In this document: piece after piece, positions 46,623 to 56,574 of the stretch
Position numbering within the stretch: the first letter of the stretch is position 1
Layout: every line of letters begins with the position of its first letter
Origin: a virus
DNA: 64,000 nt
Strand: one strand, 5' to 3'
IMG/VR virus record: IMGVR_UViG_3300013108_000188
Program-made: the position numbers and the translations under genes
The notes under the pieces: generated by a model
What the model was told of the DNA's origin: nothing
Seen by the model: the letters and a program-made list of their open reading frames with translations, nothing else
Databases searched by the model: none

Positions 46623-47041
46623 TTCATATACCTTGTTAAAGCAGTTTCAATTTTAGTTTCATCAAAGAATAATGTCGCCTTGGTGTTTATAGTATCTCCA
46701 TTATATTTTGTTTTATATGCGTGGCAATTTCTACAAAGTGTTTGTACATTTTTAGGAACATTGTTCCATCTATCTCCATCTATATGGTCCATTTCTAACA
46801 TACAACTATCTTCAATCTTTGCTTCACACCAAATACCTAATCTTCCATCTTTATTCTCACAATAAGTTTTCTTATGTGGTGTAACCCCAGGTCTATTACG
46901 ACCTCCCATATGACATCTATAACACTCCGTTCTAACATCATAAGTACCGTTCTTATTTACCTTTCTGGTATGTACAGGACTTCCACAACCATCGTTGATA
47001 CAATCTGGTTTAAATTCTTTATAATGATTTTTCTTTATCAA
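46619..47041 (-). CDS. HNH endonuclease
   Basis: DHIDGDRWNN..NVQTLCRNCH plus additional Cys pairs. Confidence 0.85.
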   Translation of the reverse strand: MIKKNHYKEFKPDCINDGCGSPVHTRKVNKNGTYDVRTECYRCHMGGRNRPGVTPHKKTYCENKDGRLGIWCEAKIEDSCMLEMDHIDGDRWNNVPKNVQTLCRNCHAYKTKYNGDTINTKATLFFDETKIETALTRYMK

Positions 47042-47358
47042 TTGACTGCCTTACCTGTAAATGTTTCTTTTAATGCTTTTAATGGACTAGGGTCTGGTTC
47101 ATTAGATTCACTATCCATTAATAAAATTATATAATGAATTGCCTTTAATAAATCTTTACGATTTTTTCCATTTTTCTTTCCATATCTACACAAATATTTA
47201 ATAGCATTTGCCTGACAAAAATGTTTATCAATGTTCAGGTGTCTTAACATATCTTGGACTTGAAATCCGTCCTTTGTAGTACTATAATGTTCTCCATAAG
47301 TACCTTTTATATAATCTGAAATTTCTTTTATTATTTTATCTACATCTTTATATTTCAT
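47038..47358 (-). CDS. DUF3310-like protein
   Basis: TYGEHY, NAIKYLCRYGKKNG..DLLKAIHY. Confidence 0.75.
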   Translation of the reverse strand: MKYKDVDKIIKEISDYIKGTYGEHYSTTKDGFQVQDMLRHLNIDKHFCQANAIKYLCRYGKKNGKNRKDLLKAIHYIILLMDSESNEPDPSPLKALKETFTGKAVN

Positions 47359-47389
47359 ATATTCTCCGTGTGGTTAATTGTAGTCCTAT

Positions 47390-47420
47390 AAAAAGGTAGG
47401 GAGCCACTACACTCCCTACC
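47390..47420 (-). terminator. Rho-independent terminator
   Basis: GGTAGGGAG-loop-CTCCCTACC followed by TTTTT. Confidence 0.85.
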
Positions 47421-47451
47421 AAGGACCACACTATTTAATGAATTTGGATAA

Positions 47452-48708
47452 TTAGACAAGGTCTTCCTGGTCTTCTTTATCGTCCTCATCATCATCGGAC
47501 TCCATTTGTTGTGCCTTCAAAGCGTCAGCTTTTTGTTGAGCAGCGATACTTTCGGCAGTTGCCCCAGCATCCACTTTCCCATACAGGTCAACAAAGGAAT
47601 TTTTTGTATCATCATCAAATCTATTAGTACATAGTTCAATCGCCTTCATCTTATTTCCAAAGATTGAATACGCCTGACATATGTGGACTAATCTTCTTGT
47701 TGATATAATCTCATCAACTCCACCATCAAAGTATGTTTTTCTAATCACATCTGCCCAAGTAGAAAGTTTTTCTACATAGGTTGTATCTTTTTTACCTGAT
47801 AGAGCAAGAGTATTATTTAATATCTTCTGTTCAGTTTTAGCAGAAGGATAAGTCTGTTCAAAGGTTACTGGAAATCTTTCCAAAAACGCCTCGTTCAGTA
47901 TGTTAGTTCCGATAAACTTACCATCATCACTACCTTGCCCTTTAGTATTGGCAGTAGCAACAACATTGAAACCAACTTTTGGTTTAACAAACTTGTTTAT
48001 CTTTTTAACATATACTCCGTTACCTTCAAGGATAGGTTGTAAGCACATTATCTTATTACTTGCAAGGTCAATCTCATCAAGTAATAGAATAGCACCTCTC
48101 TCCATCGCCTCTATAACTGGACCATTTTGCCATACGGTCTGACCATCTTTAAGTCTATAACCTCCCAGCAAATCGTCCTCATCTGTTTCAATTGTAATGT
48201 TAACTCTAATCATTTCTCTTTTAGACTCAGCACACGCCTGAACAACAGAAAAAGTTTTACCATTTCCTGAAAGACCTGTGATGAATATAGGATAAAATTT
48301 ATTAGATTTAATTATGTTTCTAACATCTGGATGGTTACCAAATGATACGAAACTTTTATCTTTATTCGGAACAATGTTTCCTTCTAAAGATGAAATAACA
48401 TATGCCGCTTCTTTTTTAGTAGCAGATACATTGTTAATTTGAGTATCATCTGGAACATTATCCTTGTCTTTATTGTCATCTAATACATCTGGTTTAGTAT
48501 CAAGTACTAACTTCTCATCTATATCAGGCAACTTAAATAAACCTTTACCAATTTTGTAGTGTTTATTTTTTGTTAACCATTGAGGTGCATAAGCATAACC
48601 AAATTTTTTATTGGCAGCTTTCAACTCATTAGTAGTTAACTCAACTTTGCCGTACATTTGGAATGCACTTTTAACAAAGTCTTTTTGTTTTGAGTTCAAA
48701 GTTATCAT
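47452..48708 (-). CDS. CobS/MoxR-like AAA+ ATPase
   Basis: GLSGNGKT, DEDDLLGG, LLLDEID, ATANTKGQG, NEAFLERF, ISTRRL. Confidence 0.9.
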   Translation of the reverse strand: MITLNSKQKDFVKSAFQMYGKVELTTNELKAANKKFGYAYAPQWLTKNKHYKIGKGLFKLPDIDEKLVLDTKPDVLDDNKDKDNVPDDTQINNVSATKKEAAYVISSLEGNIVPNKDKSFVSFGNHPDVRNIIKSNKFYPIFITGLSGNGKTFSVVQACAESKREMIRVNITIETDEDDLLGGYRLKDGQTVWQNGPVIEAMERGAILLLDEIDLASNKIMCLQPILEGNGVYVKKINKFVKPKVGFNVVATANTKGQGSDDGKFIGTNILNEAFLERFPVTFEQTYPSAKTEQKILNNTLALSGKKDTTYVEKLSTWADVIRKTYFDGGVDEIISTRRLVHICQAYSIFGNKMKAIELCTNRFDDDTKNSFVDLYGKVDAGATAESIAAQQKADALKAQQMESDDDEDDKEDQEDLV

Positions 48709-48759
48709 AATGTAGTCTCTCCTTTTTTTGTTAACTTTATTTCTTTCATTGTTAAGTAT

Positions 48760-48788
48760 ATGCTATCAAAATTGGGTATCATTGTCAA
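48760..48788 (-). promoter_or_regulatory. Sigma70-type early promoter
   Basis: GTGC-TTGACA-N17-TAGCAT with extended -10 TG. Confidence 0.7.
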
Positions 48789-48828
48789 GCACTTTTTTCC
48801 CTTATTTTTCAATAGTTTTTTCATATAC

Positions 48829-51183
48829 TTACGCAACTCTCTTTATAAATTTTGATAAAAGTATTCTGGAAACCGTTCTGGATTTCATACTCTTACCAAA
48901 AATTCTTTTTATATCACCTTTTTTACTATTCTCTTTTAGTTCGTTAAGGTCAGTATTCTCAACTTTCATAGTCTTAGCATTAATCAAAAAGAAATCTGAA
49001 TATCCATCTGATTTAACACTACAACTTTTATTCTTATTAAATTCTGCTTTCTTTTTAGCAACTATTTCGTCTCTTAAAGAGTAAGGTAAGTCTCTTTGTT
49101 TTCCTGATAAAGCATATCTTTCAAATTCATATCTTTGAGTTCTCTTTAATAAGTAGAAACCAATAGTAGTCATATTAAATTTTCTTTTTAATCCTTCTAA
49201 TAACAATCCTGTAGTACCACTTCTATCATAATCTTTACCTGGTGCCTTCAACCATTTACTTCCAACTTTTAATATTGGAGTAGCACCCCAATCGGAATCT
49301 GATTTATCAAGTTTTCCATCTTTAGTTAACCATCTACTAGTATTTCCATTGTTTGAGTGACCATCTGTTAAAGTTATTAAAGATAGTTTATCAACTTGAT
49401 ATTTCTGTTTGAACATTGGAACAATTTTATACATAGCAGCCAAAGATTCATTTAAAGGCGTACTTGATAATTGAAATTCATATGGAGGATATAGTCTTTC
49501 AATATAATCGGTTTGACTTCTCCAATTATAATTGTCATCATAATATTTTGAATAACTATAAAGTAAGAATAATGATTGGTCTAATTTTTGTTTTTTAGAA
49601 TTGTTAGAAGCAACTTCAATCATTTGAAACGCCTCTAATATCATATCACCAGCTTTAAAATTCCAATTAGTCATCATTTCTTTTTTAGCGATTTCTCTTC
49701 TATCACTCCAAGAAGCGTCAGCAATCTTATCTGAAAAGAAATAAACTTTATAAGGAATATTAATTCTTTGGCAGAACCAAACTAATTGTAATAATTGTTC
49801 CACGGTCTTACCAATAACATTTGCCATACTACCTGACCAATCAAGTAATAAAATCATTCCGTGGTTTTTAGCGTCTGGTATAATAGATAATCTTTTAAAT
49901 ATATCTTCTGAAGTTTTATATCTATGTAATTTTAATGGGTCAATAATTCCTGTTTTGTCCTGTGTTTGTCTTTTATATCCTTCAGCAGATTTTTTCATTT
50001 CAAATTCTTTAACTAGATATGTAATAGTTCTTTCACTATCTTTTTTAAATTTCTTATAGTCATCCCAATTAGCAATATAATGTTCTTTATGACTTTTCTT
50101 AGCGTTAGCAATACCTGTCTTAACCCATTTGTCCATAGGATAAATAATTTTATCTAAATTACAATCAGGAATATTCATATATGAATAACCTCTATGTTGT
50201 TTATCTAAATAACTTTTAGAAATTTTTTCTTCACTAGCGTTTTGAGTAATAGATTTTAAAGGCATATTAATTTTAACATTTTTGCCTCCAGCACCATCAG
50301 GATTACCTGTTTGATTTTTTCTAGTAGTACTATCTAATTCTTTTTTATTTTTATCATCAGCATTAGTATCTTTATCAGCACTTCCTGACTTCTCATTTTC
50401 ATCTTCGCCTTCATCTGATTTATTACCTGAATCTTTTTCTTGGTTACTATCACCTTTTTCTTTATCTTCTGGTCTTTCATCTGATTTATTATCTGATGGA
50501 GAAGAACCTTCATCTTCATTATCACCTTCTTGTTTTTCTCCATAAGATAAAGTTAGGGGGTGGCTATCAAAATCTGGTAACTTCTGTAATTTTTCGTTTT
50601 CTTTTTTCTGCCAATCTGAAAGTTTTTTAGCTGCCTCTATAACATCTTTAAATGTTTTACACTTATCAACAAGGTTAACAAATAACTTATCAGCATTTGA
50701 AAATTTAATATCTAAAGTTTTTGAAGATTTGAAATATAAATTGATTTTATCAATCAACATTAATTCTTTATTTAAGTCTTTATCTTTACAACCAAAAAAG
50801 TTATCGTGCCATAATATATTGAAACCATCTTTATAATCATTTACTAATCCAGGATACTTCTTCTGTATCATTTTATCTATTCTAACATCTTCAATAACAT
50901 TAATGTAATCTTTAATGTCCATTAAGTTATCTTTTTTTAATGCGTCAATCCATTCTTTTTGTGGAGTGTGTAATGCGTGTGAAACTTCGTGTCCCACTAA
51001 CATATCATATACAGCACCTTTTGGATTTTTAAATATAGGGATTGTTAAAATCCTGTCTTCTAAATTAAATGAAGCAGTTTTAACTTGGTCGTGTTGAACC
51101 GTGATGTTTTCTGTGGCTAATAATTTTGCAAGATTTGACTTTTGGTCAAAATTTATAGTGTCTTTATGTCCTTCTTTATTCAT
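48829..51183 (-). CDS. CobT-like protein (HExxH domain, acidic linker, VWA)
   Basis: GHEVSHAL, NVIEDVRI, MIDAS LLDWSGSM, STPLNE, LTDG; start MNKEG downstream of the promoter. Confidence 0.85.
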   Translation of the reverse strand: MNKEGHKDTINFDQKSNLAKLLATENITVQHDQVKTASFNLEDRILTIPIFKNPKGAVYDMLVGHEVSHALHTPQKEWIDALKKDNLMDIKDYINVIEDVRIDKMIQKKYPGLVNDYKDGFNILWHDNFFGCKDKDLNKELMLIDKINLYFKSSKTLDIKFSNADKLFVNLVDKCKTFKDVIEAAKKLSDWQKKENEKLQKLPDFDSHPLTLSYGEKQEGDNEDEGSSPSDNKSDERPEDKEKGDSNQEKDSGNKSDEGEDENEKSGSADKDTNADDKNKKELDSTTRKNQTGNPDGAGGKNVKINMPLKSITQNASEEKISKSYLDKQHRGYSYMNIPDCNLDKIIYPMDKWVKTGIANAKKSHKEHYIANWDDYKKFKKDSERTITYLVKEFEMKKSAEGYKRQTQDKTGIIDPLKLHRYKTSEDIFKRLSIIPDAKNHGMILLLDWSGSMANVIGKTVEQLLQLVWFCQRINIPYKVYFFSDKIADASWSDRREIAKKEMMTNWNFKAGDMILEAFQMIEVASNNSKKQKLDQSLFLLYSYSKYYDDNYNWRSQTDYIERLYPPYEFQLSSTPLNESLAAMYKIVPMFKQKYQVDKLSLITLTDGHSNNGNTSRWLTKDGKLDKSDSDWGATPILKVGSKWLKAPGKDYDRSGTTGLLLEGLKRKFNMTTIGFYLLKRTQRYEFERYALSGKQRDLPYSLRDEIVAKKKAEFNKNKSCSVKSDGYSDFFLINAKTMKVENTDLNELKENSKKGDIKRIFGKSMKSRTVSRILLSKFIKRVA

Positions 51184-51194
51184 AATACTAGTAC

Positions 51195-51223
51195 ATCCTA
51201 TCACCAATCAAATTCATTGTCAA
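51195..51223 (-). promoter_or_regulatory. Sigma70-type early promoter
   Basis: GTGC-TTGACA-N17-TAGGAT with extended -10 TG; shares GTGCTTGACAATGA with the 48760-48788 promoter. Confidence 0.7.
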
Positions 51224-51403
51224 GCACTATTTTGACTATTTTTTAACTTTTTTTGGATATACGGTTTTATTGAGTTTTTTGAGTATATGATACTATTTCC
51301 CTTATTTTATGCGATTTAAACGCCCTAGGAACGGCGGAGGGCGGCGTTTCCGTATGTCTATGATACATACATCACCAGGAAAAACACGGTTTTATAAGGG
51401 TTT

Positions 51404-52564
51404 TTACTTTCTGAATATAAACACAGGTTCGTATTTAGCACCCGATTCTTGCGAGGACAACTGCAACTTGTATGTATCAGTATGTTCAAATCCTTCTTCA
51501 ACAGCAATTCGTACGGTGTCATCTTCAAAGGTTTTATGAGACTTAATATTCGCCACATTTAATCCCATATACTTACCAGGTTTCAATCCAGTATAAACAT
51601 TTTTAATTGTCTGTCTTAAAAATCCTTCGTTCCAATCTTCATTGGTTGAGAAGTTTTTAAATGATTGGTCAGCGTCATCTGAATATTGTTCCCAATTAAA
51701 ATAAGGTGGACTTGTAAATGCGAAATCTAAAGTATTCTCTTTAGGTTTAAATACTTCACTACCTTTTTTATTTAAGAAATAATGATTATCTGGATTAGCA
51801 AAGTCTTCTTTAATCTCACATAGTCCTTTAAATGTTAATGTTGCTGGGTCTGTACCTACATAATTAACATTAGATATAATAGCACCTAATATACGACCAC
51901 CATATCCCATTGACATATCCCATACTATTTCACCTGGTTTCATAAAGTTTTGATATAAACAAGCGGCTGCCGTAGGTCTGAAATTAGATACACATTGAGT
52001 TCCTGTATATCTTCTTAATAAAGACCTCATTGTACTTTCTGCTTTATGTTTCGATTCTTCTGACCTATATGTTTCTGTACCCATTAAATCATATGATACA
52101 GGTTTTAAATCATTAACTTGCATTTTACCAAAGAAAGAACCTGTTAATAGTTTTTTAATTCCTTTTTTAAAGTGTTCTTCATTTTCATATATCTCCATAG
52201 GTGTCTTCATTTTACCACATCTAATAGCAAAACTATGTGGCATATAAGACCACGCTAAAGATAGTCCTTCTTGGTGTGGTTTAATAACTTTATCTTGCGT
52301 TAATAAATTCTTACAATCAACTTTTCTTAAATCAGACATCTTTTGTTTTCGCCAAGTAGCGTCTGTACTATAATATGGAAAACCTCTTGTTTGCCAGAAG
52401 TCATAAACTTCATTAATATTATTTTCAAGTTCTTTCTCATCGGTAGTCATTCCTTTAAGATTACCTTTACTAGTAATGTTCTCTTCGCCTTTAACTTCTA
52501 CTCCTTGGGCAGACATTATGTCCATTAAAGTAGCACTACCTTTTACATCTGTTAACTTCTTCAT
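51404..52564 (-). CDS. Amino-DNA methyltransferase (N4-C/N6-A), related to 32897-34141
   Basis: SNFRPTAA, WDMSMGYGGR, GTDP, FTSPPYF. Confidence 0.8.
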   Translation of the reverse strand: MKKLTDVKGSATLMDIMSAQGVEVKGEENITSKGNLKGMTTDEKELENNINEVYDFWQTRGFPYYSTDATWRKQKMSDLRKVDCKNLLTQDKVIKPHQEGLSLAWSYMPHSFAIRCGKMKTPMEIYENEEHFKKGIKKLLTGSFFGKMQVNDLKPVSYDLMGTETYRSEESKHKAESTMRSLLRRYTGTQCVSNFRPTAAACLYQNFMKPGEIVWDMSMGYGGRILGAIISNVNYVGTDPATLTFKGLCEIKEDFANPDNHYFLNKKGSEVFKPKENTLDFAFTSPPYFNWEQYSDDADQSFKNFSTNEDWNEGFLRQTIKNVYTGLKPGKYMGLNVANIKSHKTFEDDTVRIAVEEGFEHTDTYKLQLSSQESGAKYEPVFIFRK

Positions 52565-52565
52565 A

Positions 52566-52784
52566 TTAAAATAACTTCCCTAAAAATTTAAGACCATATA
52601 ATATAGCGATAGCACTTATAAGACCAGTTATTCCTTGGTCTAAAAATGCTAATACACTTACAACTATTAATAACAAATAAAATGCCCAAGTCTTCCAATT
52701 AAATAAAAATGCTAATATACCTAGACCTATTAATTGTATGTTAAGTGGTATCTTTCTTCCTATTCTTTTTAATAACTTCCTCAT
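52566..52784 (-). CDS. Small membrane protein
   Basis: Two to three hydrophobic helices. Confidence 0.6.
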   Translation of the reverse strand: MRKLLKRIGRKIPLNIQLIGLGILAFLFNWKTWAFYLLLIVVSVLAFLDQGITGLISAIAILYGLKFLGKLF

Positions 52785-53125
52785 CTGCCTTTTCTCTTTA
52801 AATAATCTCCTGTGTAACCTGGTTCATATACAGGTACTTTATCACTATAGGTTACGGTTACACCTTCAGATGGTTCTTGTTTTCTAATTGATGTTAAGTC
52901 TGGCAAAGGTGCTGTGCCTTTATCTCTACCACTTTCAACTTCTTGTTTTGTATATCTAGGTTTCTTTGACTTATCTAAACTTCCAACATTTAAAGGATAA
53001 CCTGGTTTTAATTTCTGTATCTTACCACCTTTTTCTAAAAACTTTTTCATTAGGTAGTCTCGTTCTTCTTTAGACATTTTAGGTTTTTCTTTTTCTAAAC
53101 CAGAATTATCTTTAAAGTTGCTCAT
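52781..53125 (-). CDS. Hypothetical protein
   Basis: FLEKGGKIQKL motif; ATGA coupling to neighbours. Confidence 0.6.
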   Translation of the reverse strand: MSNFKDNSGLEKEKPKMSKEERDYLMKKFLEKGGKIQKLKPGYPLNVGSLDKSKKPRYTKQEVESGRDKGTAPLPDLTSIRKQEPSEGVTVTYSDKVPVYEPGYTGDYLKRKGR

Positions 53126-53316
53126 ACAAAGTACTTATTTGAATACCATTTATAGAAAATCTTATCACTAAAATATTCTACTATTGCAGGAGCAGGTACT
53201 TGGTCGCTTCTTATACAATCTGCTATATCCTGATAGTCTGTTTTATCTACTTTAACTTGTTTCTTACTTTTCATTTTTTCAAGTGCTTTTAAGTATCTTT
53301 CGTTTTTGTCTGCCAT
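53122..53316 (-). CDS. Hypothetical protein
   Basis: ORF track; IRSDQV motif. Confidence 0.55.
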   Translation of the reverse strand: MADKNERYLKALEKMKSKKQVKVDKTDYQDIADCIRSDQVPAPAIVEYFSDKIFYKWYSNKYFV

Positions 53317-53470
53317 CTTTCAATATCCTTCCATAATTAGGCCAACCGAAATCATCAGGATGCTCGTCTGTATATCTCCAACGAATAACTCCTGTGTTAG
53401 GGTTTCTTTCGTATATCTTTTCTCTTACTTTTTGTTTTGCTTTCGCCATTTCCAATATCCTTTTAACCAC
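53279..53470 (-). CDS. Hypothetical protein
   Basis: ORF track. Confidence 0.5.
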   Translation of the reverse strand: MVKRILEMAKAKQKVREKIYERNPNTGVIRWRYTDEHPDDFGWPNYGRILKDGRQKRKILKST

Positions 53471-53600
53471 TTGTCTTGTGGTGTATCTGTTAAAGGTATA
53501 GACACAAAGTTATTTCTATCTAGTCTATTCCTTAACTTGGTTAATTTGTCTATCAGATAATCTATTATTTTTATCATATTACTATATTATCAGCTTTCAA

Positions 53601-54035
53601 TTAATTTGTCAATATGCTGTACTTATACACATCGCCCATCAAGGTTCCTTTGGACCATACAACCTCACCTACTACCTTCATACCTACCTTATCGTAAAAC
53701 CTTTTAGCTTTTTGATTATCCCTTCTAACGGTTAACCAAATATCTTCTTTTACAAAATCTGCAAATCTCTTAAATACATCTACGCTATTACCAGCTTCCT
53801 CTTTTACTATCTCTTGTATAACTATATCACCTTTTTTAGCTTGTACATTACCTAGTTTCTGGTTTCTTTTGTACTTATTATAAGTTATAACTACACCCGA
53901 ATCGTATATAACTTTACCTTCTTCAACCTTATTCTTTAAACTATCAAATCTTAAATAAGGAAATATATCTCTATATCCTTTGAAGATATTTTTAATTGTA
54001 TCAAAGTCTTCTATTGTTGCGTGTTTCATTTTCAA
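53601..54035 (-). CDS. GNAT-family acetyltransferase
   Basis: LTVRRDNQKAKRFYDKVGM (GNAT motif B). Confidence 0.75.
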   Translation of the reverse strand: MKMKHATIEDFDTIKNIFKGYRDIFPYLRFDSLKNKVEEGKVIYDSGVVITYNKYKRNQKLGNVQAKKGDIVIQEIVKEEAGNSVDVFKRFADFVKEDIWLTVRRDNQKAKRFYDKVGMKVVGEVVWSKGTLMGDVYKYSILTN

Positions 54036-54915
54036 TAATCTTCTTTTCTGATATTAAATGTTCTATCTCATCCGTTCTTGGTCTTTTACCCACTAACCAC
54101 ATCATAGTTTTTTCTTTCTTATAATCTATATTCTTTAACAACCAATCGTATGCTTTACCTTCGTAAATATCATCTATGTATTCTCCTTCAATTTTAAAGT
54201 TCATAGATTTTGAATAAGGAGCTTTATGAGCAATCATTTCAAATGGATGATAGTTTTTTATATCATCTTCATAAACATCTTTAAAGTAACCTGCAAGTTT
54301 CTTTTCTCTTGTAGGACCTACACATACACAAACAATACGATTTACTTTCTTATTGTATCTTTTAAGTCCAATTAAAATTCCAGCAGTTTGAATTGCAACA
54401 CCTGTAGGTATAATAAGATTATCTAACTCATCTGGTATATTTTGTACTTGTTCTGCTGTTGCTTCAAATACTTCTTTTGGATTTGTTTTTAATAACTCAC
54501 CCATTTCAATAGGCATATAACCAGTTTCTTTAGCTATATCTTTCATCCTTGCGTGAATAACAGCAGTCATTCCGTGGCCTGCAACTATTCTAATTTCACA
54601 ACCATAATGTTTTGTCAATCTCATTTGAGGAAGTTTATCTAAATTTTCTGGTTTAGTTCCACCTACAGCGGCAATACATTTTACACCATATTTCTGTGCC
54701 ACTTTACCTATGTTTGCTGATTGTGGAGAGTGTACTGAAGCAGCAGTTATTACTCCATTATTATGTTTGTTTCTTATATCATCTAATTTTGTTTCAAATA
54801 ATTTTAATGCCTGTCTTACTTTACCACCATTAACTTCGTAATCTCCAAATGGTTTAAATAAGTCGTCTCGTTTCCAATATATACCTTCTCTATAATCTAC
54901 TGGTGTTATGTGCAT
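54001..54915 (-). CDS. Fold-type II PLP-dependent enzyme (ACC deaminase/D-Cys desulfhydrase-like)
   Basis: WKRDDL..NGGKVR (PLP lysine), SPQ, IIPTGVAI, DDIYEGKA. Confidence 0.8.
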   Translation of the reverse strand: MHITPVDYREGIYWKRDDLFKPFGDYEVNGGKVRQALKLFETKLDDIRNKHNNGVITAASVHSPQSANIGKVAQKYGVKCIAAVGGTKPENLDKLPQMRLTKHYGCEIRIVAGHGMTAVIHARMKDIAKETGYMPIEMGELLKTNPKEVFEATAEQVQNIPDELDNLIIPTGVAIQTAGILIGLKRYNKKVNRIVCVCVGPTREKKLAGYFKDVYEDDIKNYHPFEMIAHKAPYSKSMNFKIEGEYIDDIYEGKAYDWLLKNIDYKKEKTMMWLVGKRPRTDEIEHLISEKKIIENETRNNRRL

Positions 54916-56108
54916 AGTAATCCTCTCACTTGTTCATTAGCAACTACATCTATTACTAAATGAGTTCTCCAAGAATTTCCACCATTGATTGCTCTATGTG
55001 GTTTTCTTATATCCAAATACCAACAATGTCCTTCTTCCATATTAACAATTGTTTTACTTCCTGTTATACCCCAACTTGTAAACTCTACTTTTGAATTGGT
55101 TACAATAGGAATATGTACTCTCATTAATCTTCCATTTGATATTCCTAGGTCTGGATCAACTTGGTCTGTATGTCTTTCAAGTTCTCCATCACCTGGTTTT
55201 AAGTTCATAAATCTAACTCTATGTATTTCAGTTTTAAATGAAGATAGTATATCTTCTACTAATGGAAACTCTTTTCTTAATTCTGTATCTTGTAATTCAA
55301 ATTTTTCATCTTTATGTTCTTCTTGCCACTTCTTATTCATTTCTACTGGTTTAGTAATAAATCTCCAATCAGGACTATAACCTCTTAATGATATAGCACT
55401 CCAAGCTTTTTCTTTATTATAGTTTGAATAGTGATTGGTAAACTCTAGTGATTTTTCTTCTAATTGTTTTGCAAGTTTTGGTACTATTTTTGTGAAGTCT
55501 AGGTCAAATGGTTTTAATGTATATTTTTCGTAAGTTGGAATATGTGGGTGTTGTCTATCTTCTAAAGCACTATTAGAATCTCTAAAATAAACACCAATCA
55601 AATCTGCAACTGAATTGTATTTTGCACCTACTTTTTTAAATCCTGCTTTTTCAGCAATATCTTTATCGTTAGGATTTTCTTCATTAATATATAACCATAC
55701 ATTTTTAGTTGTGTATCTTATGTCTTCTGCTAATGTTGTAATAATATTCTTTCTATCTTGTTCGTGTGTATAACCTAAATGTTTAATGTGCAAGTCTCCT
55801 GGATACTTCGTACCTAAAAGTACTCCCGAAAACATCCATATATTTACTTTACTCTTTGTTTCTTCTGCGTGGATAAGTGCTGGACCTATTAATTGAATAT
55901 TATCTCTACTCAATGCTTCAGCAATATTGTTCTTTTTAAACTTACTTAATTCGTGTTGAGCATACTCGTTATAACTATTAAAGTTCTTTTCTAACTTCTT
56001 TAAATAATCTAAATCAAATCCTTTTTGCCAAGGTTTCATTTCCTTTTCCTTCATCAATTTAATATTATCTTCGTACTCTTGCAAGTCTTTATCACTCATC
56101 ATTGTCAT
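54906..56108 (-). CDS. GNAT-like domain fused to Asp/Asn beta-hydroxylase-type 2OG-Fe(II) oxygenase
   Basis: N-half ..NEEN..AEKAGF; C-half RVRFMNLKPG..RHTD, RVHIPI.TN, KPHRAING..RTHLVID. Confidence 0.75.
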   Translation of the reverse strand: MTMMSDKDLQEYEDNIKLMKEKEMKPWQKGFDLDYLKKLEKNFNSYNEYAQHELSKFKKNNIAEALSRDNIQLIGPALIHAEETKSKVNIWMFSGVLLGTKYPGDLHIKHLGYTHEQDRKNIITTLAEDIRYTTKNVWLYINEENPNDKDIAEKAGFKKVGAKYNSVADLIGVYFRDSNSALEDRQHPHIPTYEKYTLKPFDLDFTKIVPKLAKQLEEKSLEFTNHYSNYNKEKAWSAISLRGYSPDWRFITKPVEMNKKWQEEHKDEKFELQDTELRKEFPLVEDILSSFKTEIHRVRFMNLKPGDGELERHTDQVDPDLGISNGRLMRVHIPIVTNSKVEFTSWGITGSKTIVNMEEGHCWYLDIRKPHRAINGGNSWRTHLVIDVVANEQVRGLLCT

Positions 56109-56574
56109 TGGTTAATTTATAATCAAAGTATATAAACCTTATATTATTTACCTCATCGTTGTTAAATCTTCTATGAAATTTTATGTTGTCGTTAAACCAA
56201 ACATATTCTCCTTGTTCTGGAAATATCTTACATCTGTCTAGTGCTGTTACCTCAATAAAGTTATCTGTAGTATATGGTGCCTTATCTAGGTAGACTATAA
56301 CATTACCTCGTACACCTTCAACATAACCTTGCCAAATGCCACTATTTCTTAATTTTATATTGTTGTATCTCTTTTTTAAAATTGGTTCTAATTGAGTTTT
56401 AATCTTTTCTATTTCTTGTTTTGCTTTATCATTTAAAAACTCTTTCTTTAATGGAGGCCATCTTGTATCATCAAACGCTGTATTATCAACATTTAATAAA
56501 CCTGTTTCAAAACCATCGTGTTTAAAAGAATCAAAATCTTTTATATGTGATATGTCGTTAATTATTTCAACCAT
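56092..56574 (-). CDS. Hypothetical protein (possibly degenerate 2OG-Fe(II) fold)
   Basis: IVYLD..IFPEQG.YVWFN..FHR; no HxD motif seen. Confidence 0.45.
   Translation of the reverse strand: MVEIINDISHIKDFDSFKHDGFETGLLNVDNTAFDDTRWPPLKKEFLNDKAKQEIEKIKTQLEPILKKRYNNIKLRNSGIWQGYVEGVRGNVIVYLDKAPYTTDNFIEVTALDRCKIFPEQGEYVWFNDNIKFHRRFNNDEVNNIRFIYFDYKLTNDNDE

Noticed and set aside
47452-51183. CobS/CobT as cobalamin biosynthesis genes
   Set aside because: No cobN or other cob genes are present; this AAA+/VWA pair is common in T4-like marine phages
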